The translations under genes were made by a program, and so were the position numbers. This document shows, piece after piece, positions 33,696-41,615 of a stretch of 42,381 bases of DNA (position 1 is the first letter of the stretch; each line of letters opens with the position of its first letter). The notes under the pieces were generated by a model. The model did not search any database, was not told the origin of the DNA, and saw only the letters and a program-made list of their open reading frames with translations. Where the stretch lies: the NCBI GenBank assembly GCA_041484255.1, contig JBGPHE010000002.1:1-42381 (forward strand), read 5' to 3'. Source of the DNA: Candidatus Nanoarchaeia archaeon. Its GTDB lineage: Archaea > Nanobdellota > Nanobdellia > Woesearchaeales > ARS49.

Positions 33696-33768
33696 AGCCC
33701 CGTCGTCTAATGGCTAAGGATAGCGGGCTTTGGACCCGTTGATGTCGGTTCGAATCCGGCCGGGGCTA
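33696..33768 (+). tRNA. tRNA-Gln (anticodon TTG), no encoded CCA.
   Basis: The sequence is AGCCCCGTCGTCTAATGGCTAAGGATAGCGGGCTTTGGACCCGTTGATGTCGGTTCGAATCCGGCCGGGGCTA. The anticodon loop is CTTTGGA. The TATA TTTTTATAT lies ~30 nt upstream. Confidence 0.9.
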
Positions 33769-33770
33769 TC

Positions 33771-34346
33771 CTATTCGCGCGCCTTGATGTAATTGTGCGC
33801 GTCTTCCCAGTTTCTGCAGCGGATGATGCCGGTCGGCACCTGCTGCTGGTTCCAGGGCTTGTTGAGCAGCAGGACAGGCCGCTGGGGCGTGGCGAGCTCT
33901 GCGGCGTGCGGGACCAAGTGGTCGACGACCATCTCGATGCCCAGTTCGCGGCAGTACTGCGCTTTCTTTTGCGGCACAGGATTGCCGTACCTGCCTGTGG
34001 TGAACAGGACGCTTTTGAACGAGTCGCCGTAATACTCGCGCAGCCATGCGCGTGTTTCGGTCATCAGGTCGTCGGGCCTGCTGACAAGGACATAGAGCTC
34101 GTGGTTTTTCCTGAGCTCGGCGATTTCCTGCTGCGAGCCTTCGACAGGATGGAGCCGCAGGACGCGTTCGGGCTGGGAGCAGAACTCGCGGAGCAGCCCC
34201 AAGGGGCTGGTGAGCGTGGACAATGACTTATGGTAGTCGGTGACGTGCGCTTTCCTGACGTCCCGGTCGTAGCGCGAGAACTGGTATTCGAGCACTCCGC
34301 CCATCAGTTCCGCAAGCGTCTCATCGCACGCAATCGCAAGCTTCAT
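33771..34346 (-). CDS. HAD-superfamily 5'(3')-deoxyribonucleotidase-like (NT5C-like) protein, 191 aa.
   Basis: The overall pattern is MKLAIACDETLAEL...YVLVSRP...A..WL..Y......V.F.....K...C.ELGIE..VDH. The N-terminal motif is C-D-E-T rather than the canonical D-x-D-x-T, so activity is uncertain. A TATA lies ~26 nt upstream. Confidence 0.45.
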   Translation of the reverse strand: MKLAIACDETLAELMGGVLEYQFSRYDRDVRKAHVTDYHKSLSTLTSPLGLLREFCSQPERVLRLHPVEGSQQEIAELRKNHELYVLVSRPDDLMTETRAWLREYYGDSFKSVLFTTGRYGNPVPQKKAQYCRELGIEMVVDHLVPHAAELATPQRPVLLLNKPWNQQQVPTGIIRCRNWEDAHNYIKARE

Positions 34347-34385
34347 GGAATTGCGGAGAAATACCCTGTTTTTAAAGTTGCGCAG

Positions 34386-35174
34386 TCAGGAATGCTCGTC
34401 CGGGTGGACGCTCTTTCTGCGGAGCGCGCTCGCGCGGTGGAGCGTCTTGATGCTTCCGGCATCGGTCCAGTCTCCTGAGATGACTGTGTAGCGCATCTCG
34501 CCGAGCGCGATGTACGCGTTGCTGACGTCGGTGATTTCCAGCTCGCCGCGCCAGGACGGCTTGAGCGTTTTGATGATGTCGAACACGCGATGGTCGTACA
34601 AGTATGCGCCCGTGACCGCGTATCTGCTTTTGGGAGTGATCGGTTTTTCCTCGATGCTGACGATTTTGTCGCCCGAAAGCTCGGCGATGCCGTACTTGGC
34701 GCGCCGAATGCCGTTGATGTCCTCGAACAGGCGGTCTTCGGAGACTTCCTTGAGGAAGACGTGCGCTCCGCCGGTGAAGTTCTTGACTGCTTCTGCGAGG
34801 AAGGATTCATCTTCGTACACGTTATCACCTAAGACAACGGCAACAGGATCGTTGCCGACAAACGTGCGCGCGAGCCCGAGCGCTTCGGCGATGCCGCCTG
34901 CGCCGTCCTGCACGCCGAACGCGATGGAGCGCGCAGGCTCTGCGATGCCCACGGTCTCGTGGAGTTTCTTGCCCGAGCCGATGAGCCTGCCGATAGCGTC
35001 GAAATGCTCGCCGCCGGTGACGATGAAGATGTCCTTGACGCCTGCCTTGAGCAGGTTGTTGAGCGGGTAGTAGATCATGGGCTTGTCATAGACCGGCAGC
35101 AGGTGCTTGTTCGTCACCCACGTGAGCGGCCTGAGCCGCGAGCCTGTTCCTCCTGCGAGCACAACTCCTTTCAT
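34386..35174 (-). CDS. rmlA: Glucose-1-phosphate thymidylyltransferase-like sugar nucleotidyltransferase (short RmlA type), 262 aa.
   Basis: It reads MKGVVLAGGTGSRLRPLTWVTNKHLLPVYDKPMIYYPL...VLGDN...EKP. The ATG at 35174 overlaps the rmlB TGA (ATGA). Confidence 0.85.
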   Translation of the reverse strand: MKGVVLAGGTGSRLRPLTWVTNKHLLPVYDKPMIYYPLNNLLKAGVKDIFIVTGGEHFDAIGRLIGSGKKLHETVGIAEPARSIAFGVQDGAGGIAEALGLARTFVGNDPVAVVLGDNVYEDESFLAEAVKNFTGGAHVFLKEVSEDRLFEDINGIRRAKYGIAELSGDKIVSIEEKPITPKSRYAVTGAYLYDHRVFDIIKTLKPSWRGELEITDVSNAYIALGEMRYTVISGDWTDAGSIKTLHRASALRRKSVHPDEHS

Positions 35175-36142
35175 TGTTTTTTCCTCCCTTTGAGCGGCTG
35201 CCACCAGTGCTGGTTCGCGGAATACCAGTCGATGGTGCGCTGCAATGCCTGAGCGAAATCGTGCTGGGGCTTCCAGCCGAGCTTCCTGACCTTGTCGCCC
35301 GTGATCGCATACCTGCGGTCGTGTCCCGGCCGATCCTGCACGGGCTGAATCCAGGAATCATCCTTGCCGTGCGCAGCCAGGATGCGCTTGGTGATTTCGA
35401 TGTTCGAGAGCTCGTTGCCGCCGGGAACATTGTAGCTGTGTCCTGGCTCGCCGTCGCGCAGGACGCGGTCAAGCGCTTCACAGTTGTCCGTGACGTAGAT
35501 CCAGTCGCGGATATTCATGCCGTCGCCGTACAGCGGCACTTTCTTGCCTTCGAGCAGGTTGGTTACGAACAGCGGGATGAGCTTTTCAGGAAACTGGTTT
35601 GGCCCGAAATTGTTCGAGCTGCGCGTGATCACCACAGGCAACCCATACGTTTTGTGATACGATTGGACAAAGAGGTCTGATGCCGCCTTGGATGCGGAGT
35701 ACGGGCTGCTGGGCGCGAGCGGGTCGTCTTCGGTGAAATCACCTTCATTTCTGCTGCCGTAGACTTCGTCGGTGGAAACGTGCAGGAACCGCGACACTTT
35801 TGCGTGGCGCGCGGCATTGAGCAGCGTGATGGTGCCCTGGACATTGGTGCGCTGAAACACGCCAGGATCGCTGATGGAATTGTCCACGTGGCTTTCTGCC
35901 GCGAAATGCGCGACCGCGTCGACGTCTTTCATGCAGTCCGCGACCAGCTTGGCGTCGCAGATGTCGCCGTGCACGAACCGGTAGCGCGGGTTCTGCGCGA
36001 CATCGGCAAGATTCGCGGGATTGCCCGCGTACGTGAGCGCGTCGAGGTTGGTGACGCGGAGTTCGGGATATTTTTGCAGAACGAAGCGTATGAAGTTGCT
36101 GCCGATAAAACCTGCTCCCCCCGTCACGAGCACATGCTTCAT
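35171..36142 (-). CDS. rmlB: dTDP-glucose 4,6-dehydratase, 323 aa.
   Basis: It reads MKHVLVTGGAGFIGSNF...STDEVYG...YSASKAASD...RSSNNFGPNQFPEKLIP. The start is set at 36142, ~29 nt from the TATA at 36167-36176. The ORF-track ATG at 36169 abuts the TATA itself. Confidence 0.9.
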   Translation of the reverse strand: MKHVLVTGGAGFIGSNFIRFVLQKYPELRVTNLDALTYAGNPANLADVAQNPRYRFVHGDICDAKLVADCMKDVDAVAHFAAESHVDNSISDPGVFQRTNVQGTITLLNAARHAKVSRFLHVSTDEVYGSRNEGDFTEDDPLAPSSPYSASKAASDLFVQSYHKTYGLPVVITRSSNNFGPNQFPEKLIPLFVTNLLEGKKVPLYGDGMNIRDWIYVTDNCEALDRVLRDGEPGHSYNVPGGNELSNIEITKRILAAHGKDDSWIQPVQDRPGHDRRYAITGDKVRKLGWKPQHDFAQALQRTIDWYSANQHWWQPLKGRKKQ

Positions 36143-36166
36143 TCCTGTGCGCGTATCGAAGAAATA

Positions 36167-36176
36167 CATTTATAAG
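36167..36176. promoter_or_regulatory. Shared bidirectional TATA (CATTTATAAG) between rmlB (minus) and the 36199 gene (plus).
   Basis: The centre lies ~29 nt from the ATG at 36142 and ~27 nt from the ATG at 36199. Confidence 0.5.
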
Positions 36177-36198
36177 TCTTATGTACTTCAGATACAGA

Positions 36199-36567
36199 AT
36201 GCGCGTCACGAAAGTGCAGGCGTTCATCCTGTTCGCGCTCGGCACGTGCTATGCTGAATTCAGCAGGCGCTTTGCCGGCAAGCCCGTCGCGGTGTCGATG
36301 AACAAGGTCGCGTTCATCGAGCTCGCGCGCAGGGCGAACATCACGAGCAAGAAGGAGCGCGCGGTGTACAAGAACTTGGAGGCGCTGGAAGCGCTGAAGC
36401 TCGTCTCGTATGACAGCAAGAACCTGGCGCTGACGCCGAAGGGACAGAAGGTCTTCGAGCGCGTGCACGCGGACTTGGAGCCGTACATCAACATCAAGGG
36501 CGTGCTCGCGGGCGATGATATCGCGAAGTTCACAACGAGAACGCAAACAATCCTCAAAGGTGACTGA
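36199..36567 (+). CDS. Hypothetical small protein (122 aa), possibly a winged-helix DNA-binding regulator.
   Basis: The product is MRVTKVQAFILFALG...KKERAVYKNLEALEALKLVSYDSKNLALTPKGQKVF. This helix-turn-wing pattern is read by eye only. Confidence 0.4.
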   Translation: MRVTKVQAFILFALGTCYAEFSRRFAGKPVAVSMNKVAFIELARRANITSKKERAVYKNLEALEALKLVSYDSKNLALTPKGQKVFERVHADLEPYINIKGVLAGDDIAKFTTRTQTILKGD

Positions 36568-36568
36568 A

Positions 36569-37027
36569 ATGCCGGTGGAAGAAATCATGCGCGACACGAC
36601 CGCGTTCGGCGGTCTTGCGCTCTATTGTTTTATCGCAGTACTGTTCCTGCTCTTGGGCAATGTCCACGTGTTTGCCGAGCTCGTCATCGGGCTCGCGCTC
36701 TGCTACATCATCATCGCGGCCATCCGCACGTTCTGGTTCCGCAGAAGGCCGGACAAGCAGAAGTATTCGGGATTCTTCACGAAGATCGACGCGGGCTCGT
36801 TCCCGAGCATGCACAGCGCGCGTGTCACCGTGCTCGCAATCATCCTCGCGCAGTTCTTTACGCAGCCCTTGGTCCGCGCATTGCTCGCGCTCGGCGTCGT
36901 CGCGGTCATCACGACGCGCGTCATGCTCAAGCGCCATTATCCGAGCGACGTCATCGGCGGCATCGTGCTGGGCGCGCTCATCGGCTGGATTACGCCGATT
37001 GTTGCTTCTGCGCTCGGCATAGCATAA
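36569..37027 (+). CDS. PAP2-family membrane phosphatase, a candidate polyprenyl/dolichyl-diphosphate phosphatase, 152 aa.
   Basis: The three PAP2 motifs are WFRRRPD (KxxxxxxRP-like), SFPSMHS (PSGH) and TRVMLKRHYPSDV (SRxxxxxHxxxD). The product has 4 TM helices. Confidence 0.7.
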   Translation: MPVEEIMRDTTAFGGLALYCFIAVLFLLLGNVHVFAELVIGLALCYIIIAAIRTFWFRRRPDKQKYSGFFTKIDAGSFPSMHSARVTVLAIILAQFFTQPLVRALLALGVVAVITTRVMLKRHYPSDVIGGIVLGALIGWITPIVASALGIA

Positions 37028-37063
37028 CGTTTAAAAACAGGCATCGTTCCTTCTCGTCTATAC

Positions 37064-37136
37064 AGCCTCGTCGTCTAGTGGCCAAGGATAACGGGCTCTG
37101 GACCCGTTGACGGCGGTTCGAATCCGCCCGAGGCTA
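37064..37136 (+). tRNA. tRNA-Gln (anticodon CTG), no encoded CCA.
   Basis: The sequence is AGCCTCGTCGTCTAGTGGCCAAGGATAACGGGCTCTGGACCCGTTGACGGCGGTTCGAATCCGCCCGAGGCTA. The anticodon loop is CTCTGGA. The TATA TTTAAAAA lies ~27 nt upstream. Confidence 0.9.
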
Positions 37137-37244
37137 TTCTCGCAGAGCAGGCAACAGGCTCGGAGTAGGGGCTCTTTCTCGCGTTCTTCTGTCCGTAGCG
37201 CTGATGCATAACCTTTTTATCCCATATACTACCTCAGTGAGCGT

Positions 37245-38090
37245 GTGGGGGAGTTGCTGCTGGTTTTCGGAAACGGCTACGTCGGGAATAAATTCAAAGC
37301 CCGACTCGGCGAACGCGCAGTCATCAGCCACGCAGACATCGCGGACGCGACAGCAGTGCGCGCCGCGCTTGATCACCACAAGCCGAACACAGTCATCAAC
37401 TGCGCAGGCAAGACCGGCAAGCCGAACGTGGACTGGTGCGAGGACCACAAGGAAGAAACGTATCGTTCAAATGTTCTCGGCCCGAAGATTCTTGCAGAGG
37501 AATGCCAAAAGCGCGCCATTCACCTGACGCATATCGGCAGCGGGTGCGTGTACGCGGGCGACAATGGCGGCAAAGGATACACAGAAGAAGATCCGCCGAA
37601 TTACGACGGCAGCTATTACAGCAACACCAAACGCGAAAGCGAGGCGATGCTCAAGCAATTTGCAGTTCTCCAGCTCAGGATGCGCATGCCGGTGGACTCG
37701 GCGCCGAACGACCGCAATCTCATCACCAAGCTGGTGAAGTACCGCAAGGTCATCAGCGTGCCGAACTCGGTGAGCATCATTGACGATTTCATCACCGCCG
37801 CGCTGCGCTTGATTGAATTGCGCCGCACCGGCATATACAATGTGACCAATCCCGGCGCAATCGTGCACCCGGAGATTCTGGACGCGTACAAGGAGATTGT
37901 CGACCCTTCATTTTCTTACGAACAGATGAGTATGGATGCGCTCGGCAAAATCATCAAGGCAGGGAGAAGCAACTGCGTGCTGAACACGGACAAGCTCGCG
38001 AAGGAAGGCATCACGCTGCCGCACGTCAAGGACGCCATCAGGACCGCGCTGAAGCAGTACAAGCAGCATCTCTCGACGCAGAAGCTTTAA
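37245..38090 (+). CDS. NRS/ER-like (UER1-type) NDP-4-keto-6-deoxyglucose 3,5-epimerase/4-reductase, 281 aa.
   Basis: Similarity to plant NRS/ER is colinear and strong: AGKTGKPNVDWCEDHKEETYRSNV (cf. AGVTGRPNVDWCESHKVETIRTNV), YYSNTKRESEAML, LRMRMPV, RNLITKLVKYRKVISVPNSVSIIDDF and GIYNVTNPGAIVHPEILDAYKEIVDPSF (cf. GIYNFTNPGVVSHNEILEMYRDYIDPSF). The GTG start lies ~27 nt downstream of the TATA CTTTTTATCC. Confidence 0.8.
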   Translation: MGELLLVFGNGYVGNKFKARLGERAVISHADIADATAVRAALDHHKPNTVINCAGKTGKPNVDWCEDHKEETYRSNVLGPKILAEECQKRAIHLTHIGSGCVYAGDNGGKGYTEEDPPNYDGSYYSNTKRESEAMLKQFAVLQLRMRMPVDSAPNDRNLITKLVKYRKVISVPNSVSIIDDFITAALRLIELRRTGIYNVTNPGAIVHPEILDAYKEIVDPSFSYEQMSMDALGKIIKAGRSNCVLNTDKLAKEGITLPHVKDAIRTALKQYKQHLSTQKL

Positions 38091-38114
38091 AAAGCCCGTT
38101 CTTGTCACCGCCCT

Positions 38115-38831
38115 ATGACAGTCCGCACCGTCATCGCCGTTTTTTGCGCACTCATTTTCCTGATTGCGGCCTGCGCGCCGCAGAACGTTCTTGACGCGCA
38201 GCCGCTCAACCTGTCCCAGCCTGCCGGGCCTGACCCGTGCATGACCGTCAAGTGCACCGCGACCACGCACTGCGACAACGGCGCGTGCGTGTGCAACACG
38301 GGAACCAAGAAGTGCGGCGACGCGTGCATTGCGGCAAACAAGTGCTGCGAGGACAAGGAATGCGGCGCCAATAAGTTCTGCCAGAACGGCGCGTGCGCCG
38401 TGCAGCCGGTCTGCAAGTTCAACGAAGCCTGGGACGCCGAGCGCAAGGAATGCTCGTGCGTTACGGGAACAAAGCTCTGCCGCGAGCAGGGCAAGTGCAT
38501 CCCCGCGAAGAGCTGCTGCTGGCACAATGACTGCAGCAGCGACTTCCGCTGCGCATTGACGACGTATGCGGGCGAAGTCTGCATGACCAAGGACGCCAAG
38601 AAGTGCAAGACCATCCACGAAAGCACGCAGCAGGTGTTCGTGTTCGGCGACCAGAGCGAGTACATGGTGCGCGTCCAGCAGGTGCTGGAAGGGCCCCGGT
38701 TCGTCCTGCGCGTCGACAACGAGACCGCTCCCGCGTTGCCGCTGAACAGGGCCACGCAGGTCGCGAACCTCTCGGTTGTCGTGGACAAGTTCGAATCCTT
38801 CGGCGGCTTCTGCCGCGAAGAGCCCGTGTAA
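38115..38831 (+). CDS. Secreted Cys-rich lipoprotein (238 aa) with an internal duplicated Cys motif.
   Basis: The signal peptide with lipobox is MTVRTVIAVFCALIFLIAAC. The two Cys-motif units are CVCNTGTKKCGDACIAANKCCEDKECGANKFC and CSCVTGTKLCREQGKCIPAKSCCWHNDCSSDFRC. The TATA GCTTTAAAAAGC lies ~26 nt upstream. Confidence 0.6.
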   Translation: MTVRTVIAVFCALIFLIAACAPQNVLDAQPLNLSQPAGPDPCMTVKCTATTHCDNGACVCNTGTKKCGDACIAANKCCEDKECGANKFCQNGACAVQPVCKFNEAWDAERKECSCVTGTKLCREQGKCIPAKSCCWHNDCSSDFRCALTTYAGEVCMTKDAKKCKTIHESTQQVFVFGDQSEYMVRVQQVLEGPRFVLRVDNETAPALPLNRATQVANLSVVVDKFESFGGFCREEPV

Positions 38832-38948
38832 GCGCAATCTTTTTAAAGCCCCTTCTGGTTTTCACGTCTATTCGAGAGATACGGCGGTGAAGAGCTTCCG
38901 TATGCTGGAGAAGAGAGCTTCTCAGTCCTCGAGTGGAGAACTATACAC

Positions 38949-39404
38949 ATGGCAAAAATGCACTCCCGTAAGAAGGGAAAGTCCGGCCCGAAGAAGCCGC
39001 TGAAGCCGAGCAAGCCGACATGGCTGCGCTACAAGCCCAAGGAAATCGAGATGCTGGTCGCGAAGCTCGCCAAGGAAGGCAAGACCGCGTCGCAGATCGG
39101 TTTGGTCTTGCGTGACACGTACGGCGTTCCCGACGTCAAGTCGCTCGCGGAAAAGTCCATCACGCAGATTCTCGAGGAGAAGAAGCTGCTCCCCGAACTG
39201 CCGGACGACTTGATCGCGCTCATGCGCAAGTCCATCGCCATCCGCAAGCACATGGAGTCGAACAAGAAGGACGAAGCCGCGCACCGCGGACTCAACCTGA
39301 CCGAATCCAAGATCAGGCGCATCATCAAGTACTACAAGCGCATCGCGCGCTTGCCGGTCGACTGGAAGTACGACCCGGCCAAGCTGAAAATGTACACTGA
39401 GTAA
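38949..39404 (+). CDS. rps15: 30S ribosomal protein S15 (uS15, archaeal/eukaryotic long form), 151 aa.
   Basis: It reads MAKMHSRKKGKSGPKKP...IEMLVAKLAKEGKTASQIGLVLRDTYGVPDVK...HRGLNLTESKIRRIIKYYKR. Confidence 0.95.
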   Translation: MAKMHSRKKGKSGPKKPLKPSKPTWLRYKPKEIEMLVAKLAKEGKTASQIGLVLRDTYGVPDVKSLAEKSITQILEEKKLLPELPDDLIALMRKSIAIRKHMESNKKDEAAHRGLNLTESKIRRIIKYYKRIARLPVDWKYDPAKLKMYTE

Positions 39405-39409
39405 GCGCC

Positions 39410-39428
39410 TTTTTTCTTTTTATTTTTT
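39410..39428 (+). terminator. Oligo-T tract TTTTTTCTTTTTATTTTTT downstream of rps15.
   Basis: This exact 19-mer is also present at 31464-31482 downstream of ftsZ. Oligo-T tracts are the known archaeal termination signal. Confidence 0.45.
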
Positions 39429-39478
39429 CATTTCTTCTTGAGGAACATTTATAATCCCATCGCGCACCATACCGTCGG

Positions 39479-39955
39479 GTGAGTGCTACGAAAAAGACGT
39501 TGTTAGTCGTATTGGGCGGCGGCGGGCATAGCGCGCAGGCGATGCTGCTGGTGAAGCGGCTCGGCAGCCGCTACCGCTACGAATTCGTCGCTGCGACGAG
39601 CAACAGGCACGCGAAGCGGGTGCACCACCGCATTCTGAATCCCCGAACAATGAGCGACCGCAACCCGTTCTGGATTGCAATGAAGGGCGGCATTGCAGGG
39701 ATACAGTCGCTCGGCGTGCTGTCCCGCACGAAAGCGTCAACGATTGTCGCCTGCGGGCCCGCAATCGCGGTTCCGCTCTGCATTCTCGGCAAGTTGTCGG
39801 GCAAAAAAGTCATTTACCTCGAATCCTGGGCGCGCGTGAAGACGGTTTCGCGCTCCGGAAGGCTCACATACCCGTTCGCAGACCTCTTTTTGGTGCAATC
39901 ACAGGAATTGCTGCAGCAATTGCCGCGCGCGCAGTACGCAGGGAGGCTGGCGTGA
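39479..39955 (+). CDS. Alg14-like membrane-anchoring subunit of a split GT28-type glycosyltransferase, 158 aa.
   Basis: It reads LVVLGGGGHSAQAMLLV...IVACGPAIAVPLCILGKLSGKKVIYLESWARVKTVSRSGRLTYPFADLFLVQ. The GTG start lies 28 nt downstream of the TATA ATTTATAAT (39447-39455). Confidence 0.75.
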   Translation: MSATKKTLLVVLGGGGHSAQAMLLVKRLGSRYRYEFVAATSNRHAKRVHHRILNPRTMSDRNPFWIAMKGGIAGIQSLGVLSRTKASTIVACGPAIAVPLCILGKLSGKKVIYLESWARVKTVSRSGRLTYPFADLFLVQSQELLQQLPRAQYAGRLA

Positions 39956-40392
39956 AGGTATTTGTTGCGGTCGGCACCGGCAAGTTCGATGAACTCATCA
40001 AGGCCGTCGATGCATTGGACGTCGAGGCAATCTGCCAGATCGGGCAGGGCGCGTACACGCCGAAAAACCACCGCTGGTTCAGGATGAAGCCGAGCTTGGA
40101 CGCGCTGTACCGCTGGGCAGACGTCATCATCGCGCACGCCGGCGGAGGAACGCTCTTTGAAGTCCTGCCCTTGGGCAAGAAAGTCATCGCGGTTCCGAAC
40201 CAGCACCGCACCGACCGGCACCAGTACGAGTTGCTGAACGAGCTTTCCCGTCGAAATGTGCTGATACCGTGCCGGACCGTCCGCGACCTTCCCAGGACTA
40301 TCACTGCCGCGCGGAAAATCCGGCTCGATGCGTACGTTCCTGAGCGCTGCAACGTGGACAACGTCATCCACACGTTCTTGGAGACGCAATGA
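39952..40392 (+). CDS. Alg13-like catalytic subunit (Glyco_tran_28 C-terminal domain), 146 aa.
   Basis: It reads MKVFVAVGTGKFDELI...ADVIIAHAGGGTLFEVLPLGKKVIAVPN.....HQYELLNEL. The GTG overlaps the Alg14-like stop (GTGA). Confidence 0.75.
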   Translation: MKVFVAVGTGKFDELIKAVDALDVEAICQIGQGAYTPKNHRWFRMKPSLDALYRWADVIIAHAGGGTLFEVLPLGKKVIAVPNQHRTDRHQYELLNELSRRNVLIPCRTVRDLPRTITAARKIRLDAYVPERCNVDNVIHTFLETQ

Positions 40393-41615
40393 GCGCGCTC
40401 AGCGAGTTCCTTCTTTGGCGAACGTTCGAGAAACAGCAGTGGCTTTCGCCCGCTGCGCTCGAACAGCACCAAAACAAGCGCTTGAGAGCGATGCTGTGCT
40501 GGGCGTACAGCACGGTTCCGTATTATCACCAGCTGTTCCGCGAGCACGGCATCCGCCCCGAGAGCATCACGACGCGCAATCTGGCGCACATCCCGATTCT
40601 CAGCAAGAAAGCAGTCCGTCAGCACGGCGCAGACCTGCGCTCGCGCGCGATTCCGCAGAATCAGATGCGTTTTGGCGCGACCACGGGCAGCACCGGCATT
40701 CCGCTCACGATCGGCCACGATGCAATCAGCCGCGCGGCAGGCAAAGCAGTCATGCTGCGCGCGATGCGCGCGCACGGAGTGAGACTTACCGACACGGTGC
40801 TGCGGATTACGCACCGACCGCATAAGCAAACACTGCGCGAGCGGCTCGGCATACTGCCCATCCTGACCGCGAGCGTGTATTCACCCCCTGCGCAGCTTGC
40901 GCGCGAGATGCAGCGCATCAAGCCTGACGTCATCGATGCCTATCCTTCGGTTCTCCATGCAATGGCGTCGTGCGGTGAAGCACTGCCGCGCGTTCGCCGC
41001 GTATTCTCAACGACAGAAATGCTCACCGAAGAGGCGCGCAACCGCATTCAGGACGCGTTCCACGCGCAAGTCATCGACGTGTACGGCGCCGCAGAGTTCC
41101 CGCGGCTTGCCTGGCAGTGTCCCGAAGGCAGCGGCTATCACATTGACTCGGATTATGCGGTTGTCCAGCGCGGCGAGCACGACGAATTGATCGTGACCGG
41201 GCTGTACAACCAAGGAATGCCGCTGATTCGCTACGCCATTGGCGACCGCGCAGTCTTCAGCGACGAACAGTGCGCATGCGGTCGCGGTTTGCCGCTGTTG
41301 GAGCGCATCGAAGGCAGGACTGATGACTTGCTCGTGATGCCGAACGGCGAACACGTCTCGCCCCGCAGGGTCAACGTGCTGGACGGCATCGCTGGCGTCG
41401 ATCAATACCGCATCGTGCAGACTGGGAAAGATCGCATTACTGCAGAAGTTGTTCCTGCAGGCCGCTGGAGCGATGCGCTCGCACAGGATGTGATAGCGCG
41501 CATCAGCGCAGGATTGCCGAATCACGATGTCGTCGTCAGCGCAAAGCCTGTTTCTGCGCTTCCGCGCGGTCCAGGCGGTAAAATCAGAACGGTGGTGTCC
41601 CATGTCCGTGCTTGA
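40389..41615 (+). CDS. Adenylate-forming enzyme of the PaaK / coenzyme F390 synthetase / CapK family, 408 aa.
   Basis: The N-terminal pattern is Q.KRLRAML.WAYSTVPYYHQLFREHGIRPESI....LA.IPILSKK. The AMP-binding loop is GATTGSTGIPLTI. The ATG overlaps the upstream stop (ATGA). Confidence 0.75.
   Translation: MSALSEFLLWRTFEKQQWLSPAALEQHQNKRLRAMLCWAYSTVPYYHQLFREHGIRPESITTRNLAHIPILSKKAVRQHGADLRSRAIPQNQMRFGATTGSTGIPLTIGHDAISRAAGKAVMLRAMRAHGVRLTDTVLRITHRPHKQTLRERLGILPILTASVYSPPAQLAREMQRIKPDVIDAYPSVLHAMASCGEALPRVRRVFSTTEMLTEEARNRIQDAFHAQVIDVYGAAEFPRLAWQCPEGSGYHIDSDYAVVQRGEHDELIVTGLYNQGMPLIRYAIGDRAVFSDEQCACGRGLPLLERIEGRTDDLLVMPNGEHVSPRRVNVLDGIAGVDQYRIVQTGKDRITAEVVPAGRWSDALAQDVIARISAGLPNHDVVVSAKPVSALPRGPGGKIRTVVSHVRA

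Noticed and set aside
37908-38837. 309-aa minus-strand ORF opposite the Cys-rich lipoprotein gene and the end of the NRS/ER-like gene.
   Set aside because: It is a low-complexity Ala/Arg/Leu/Glu sequence that overlaps two well-supported plus-strand genes. The plus-strand gene has a TATA at -26, a signal peptide and a lipobox.
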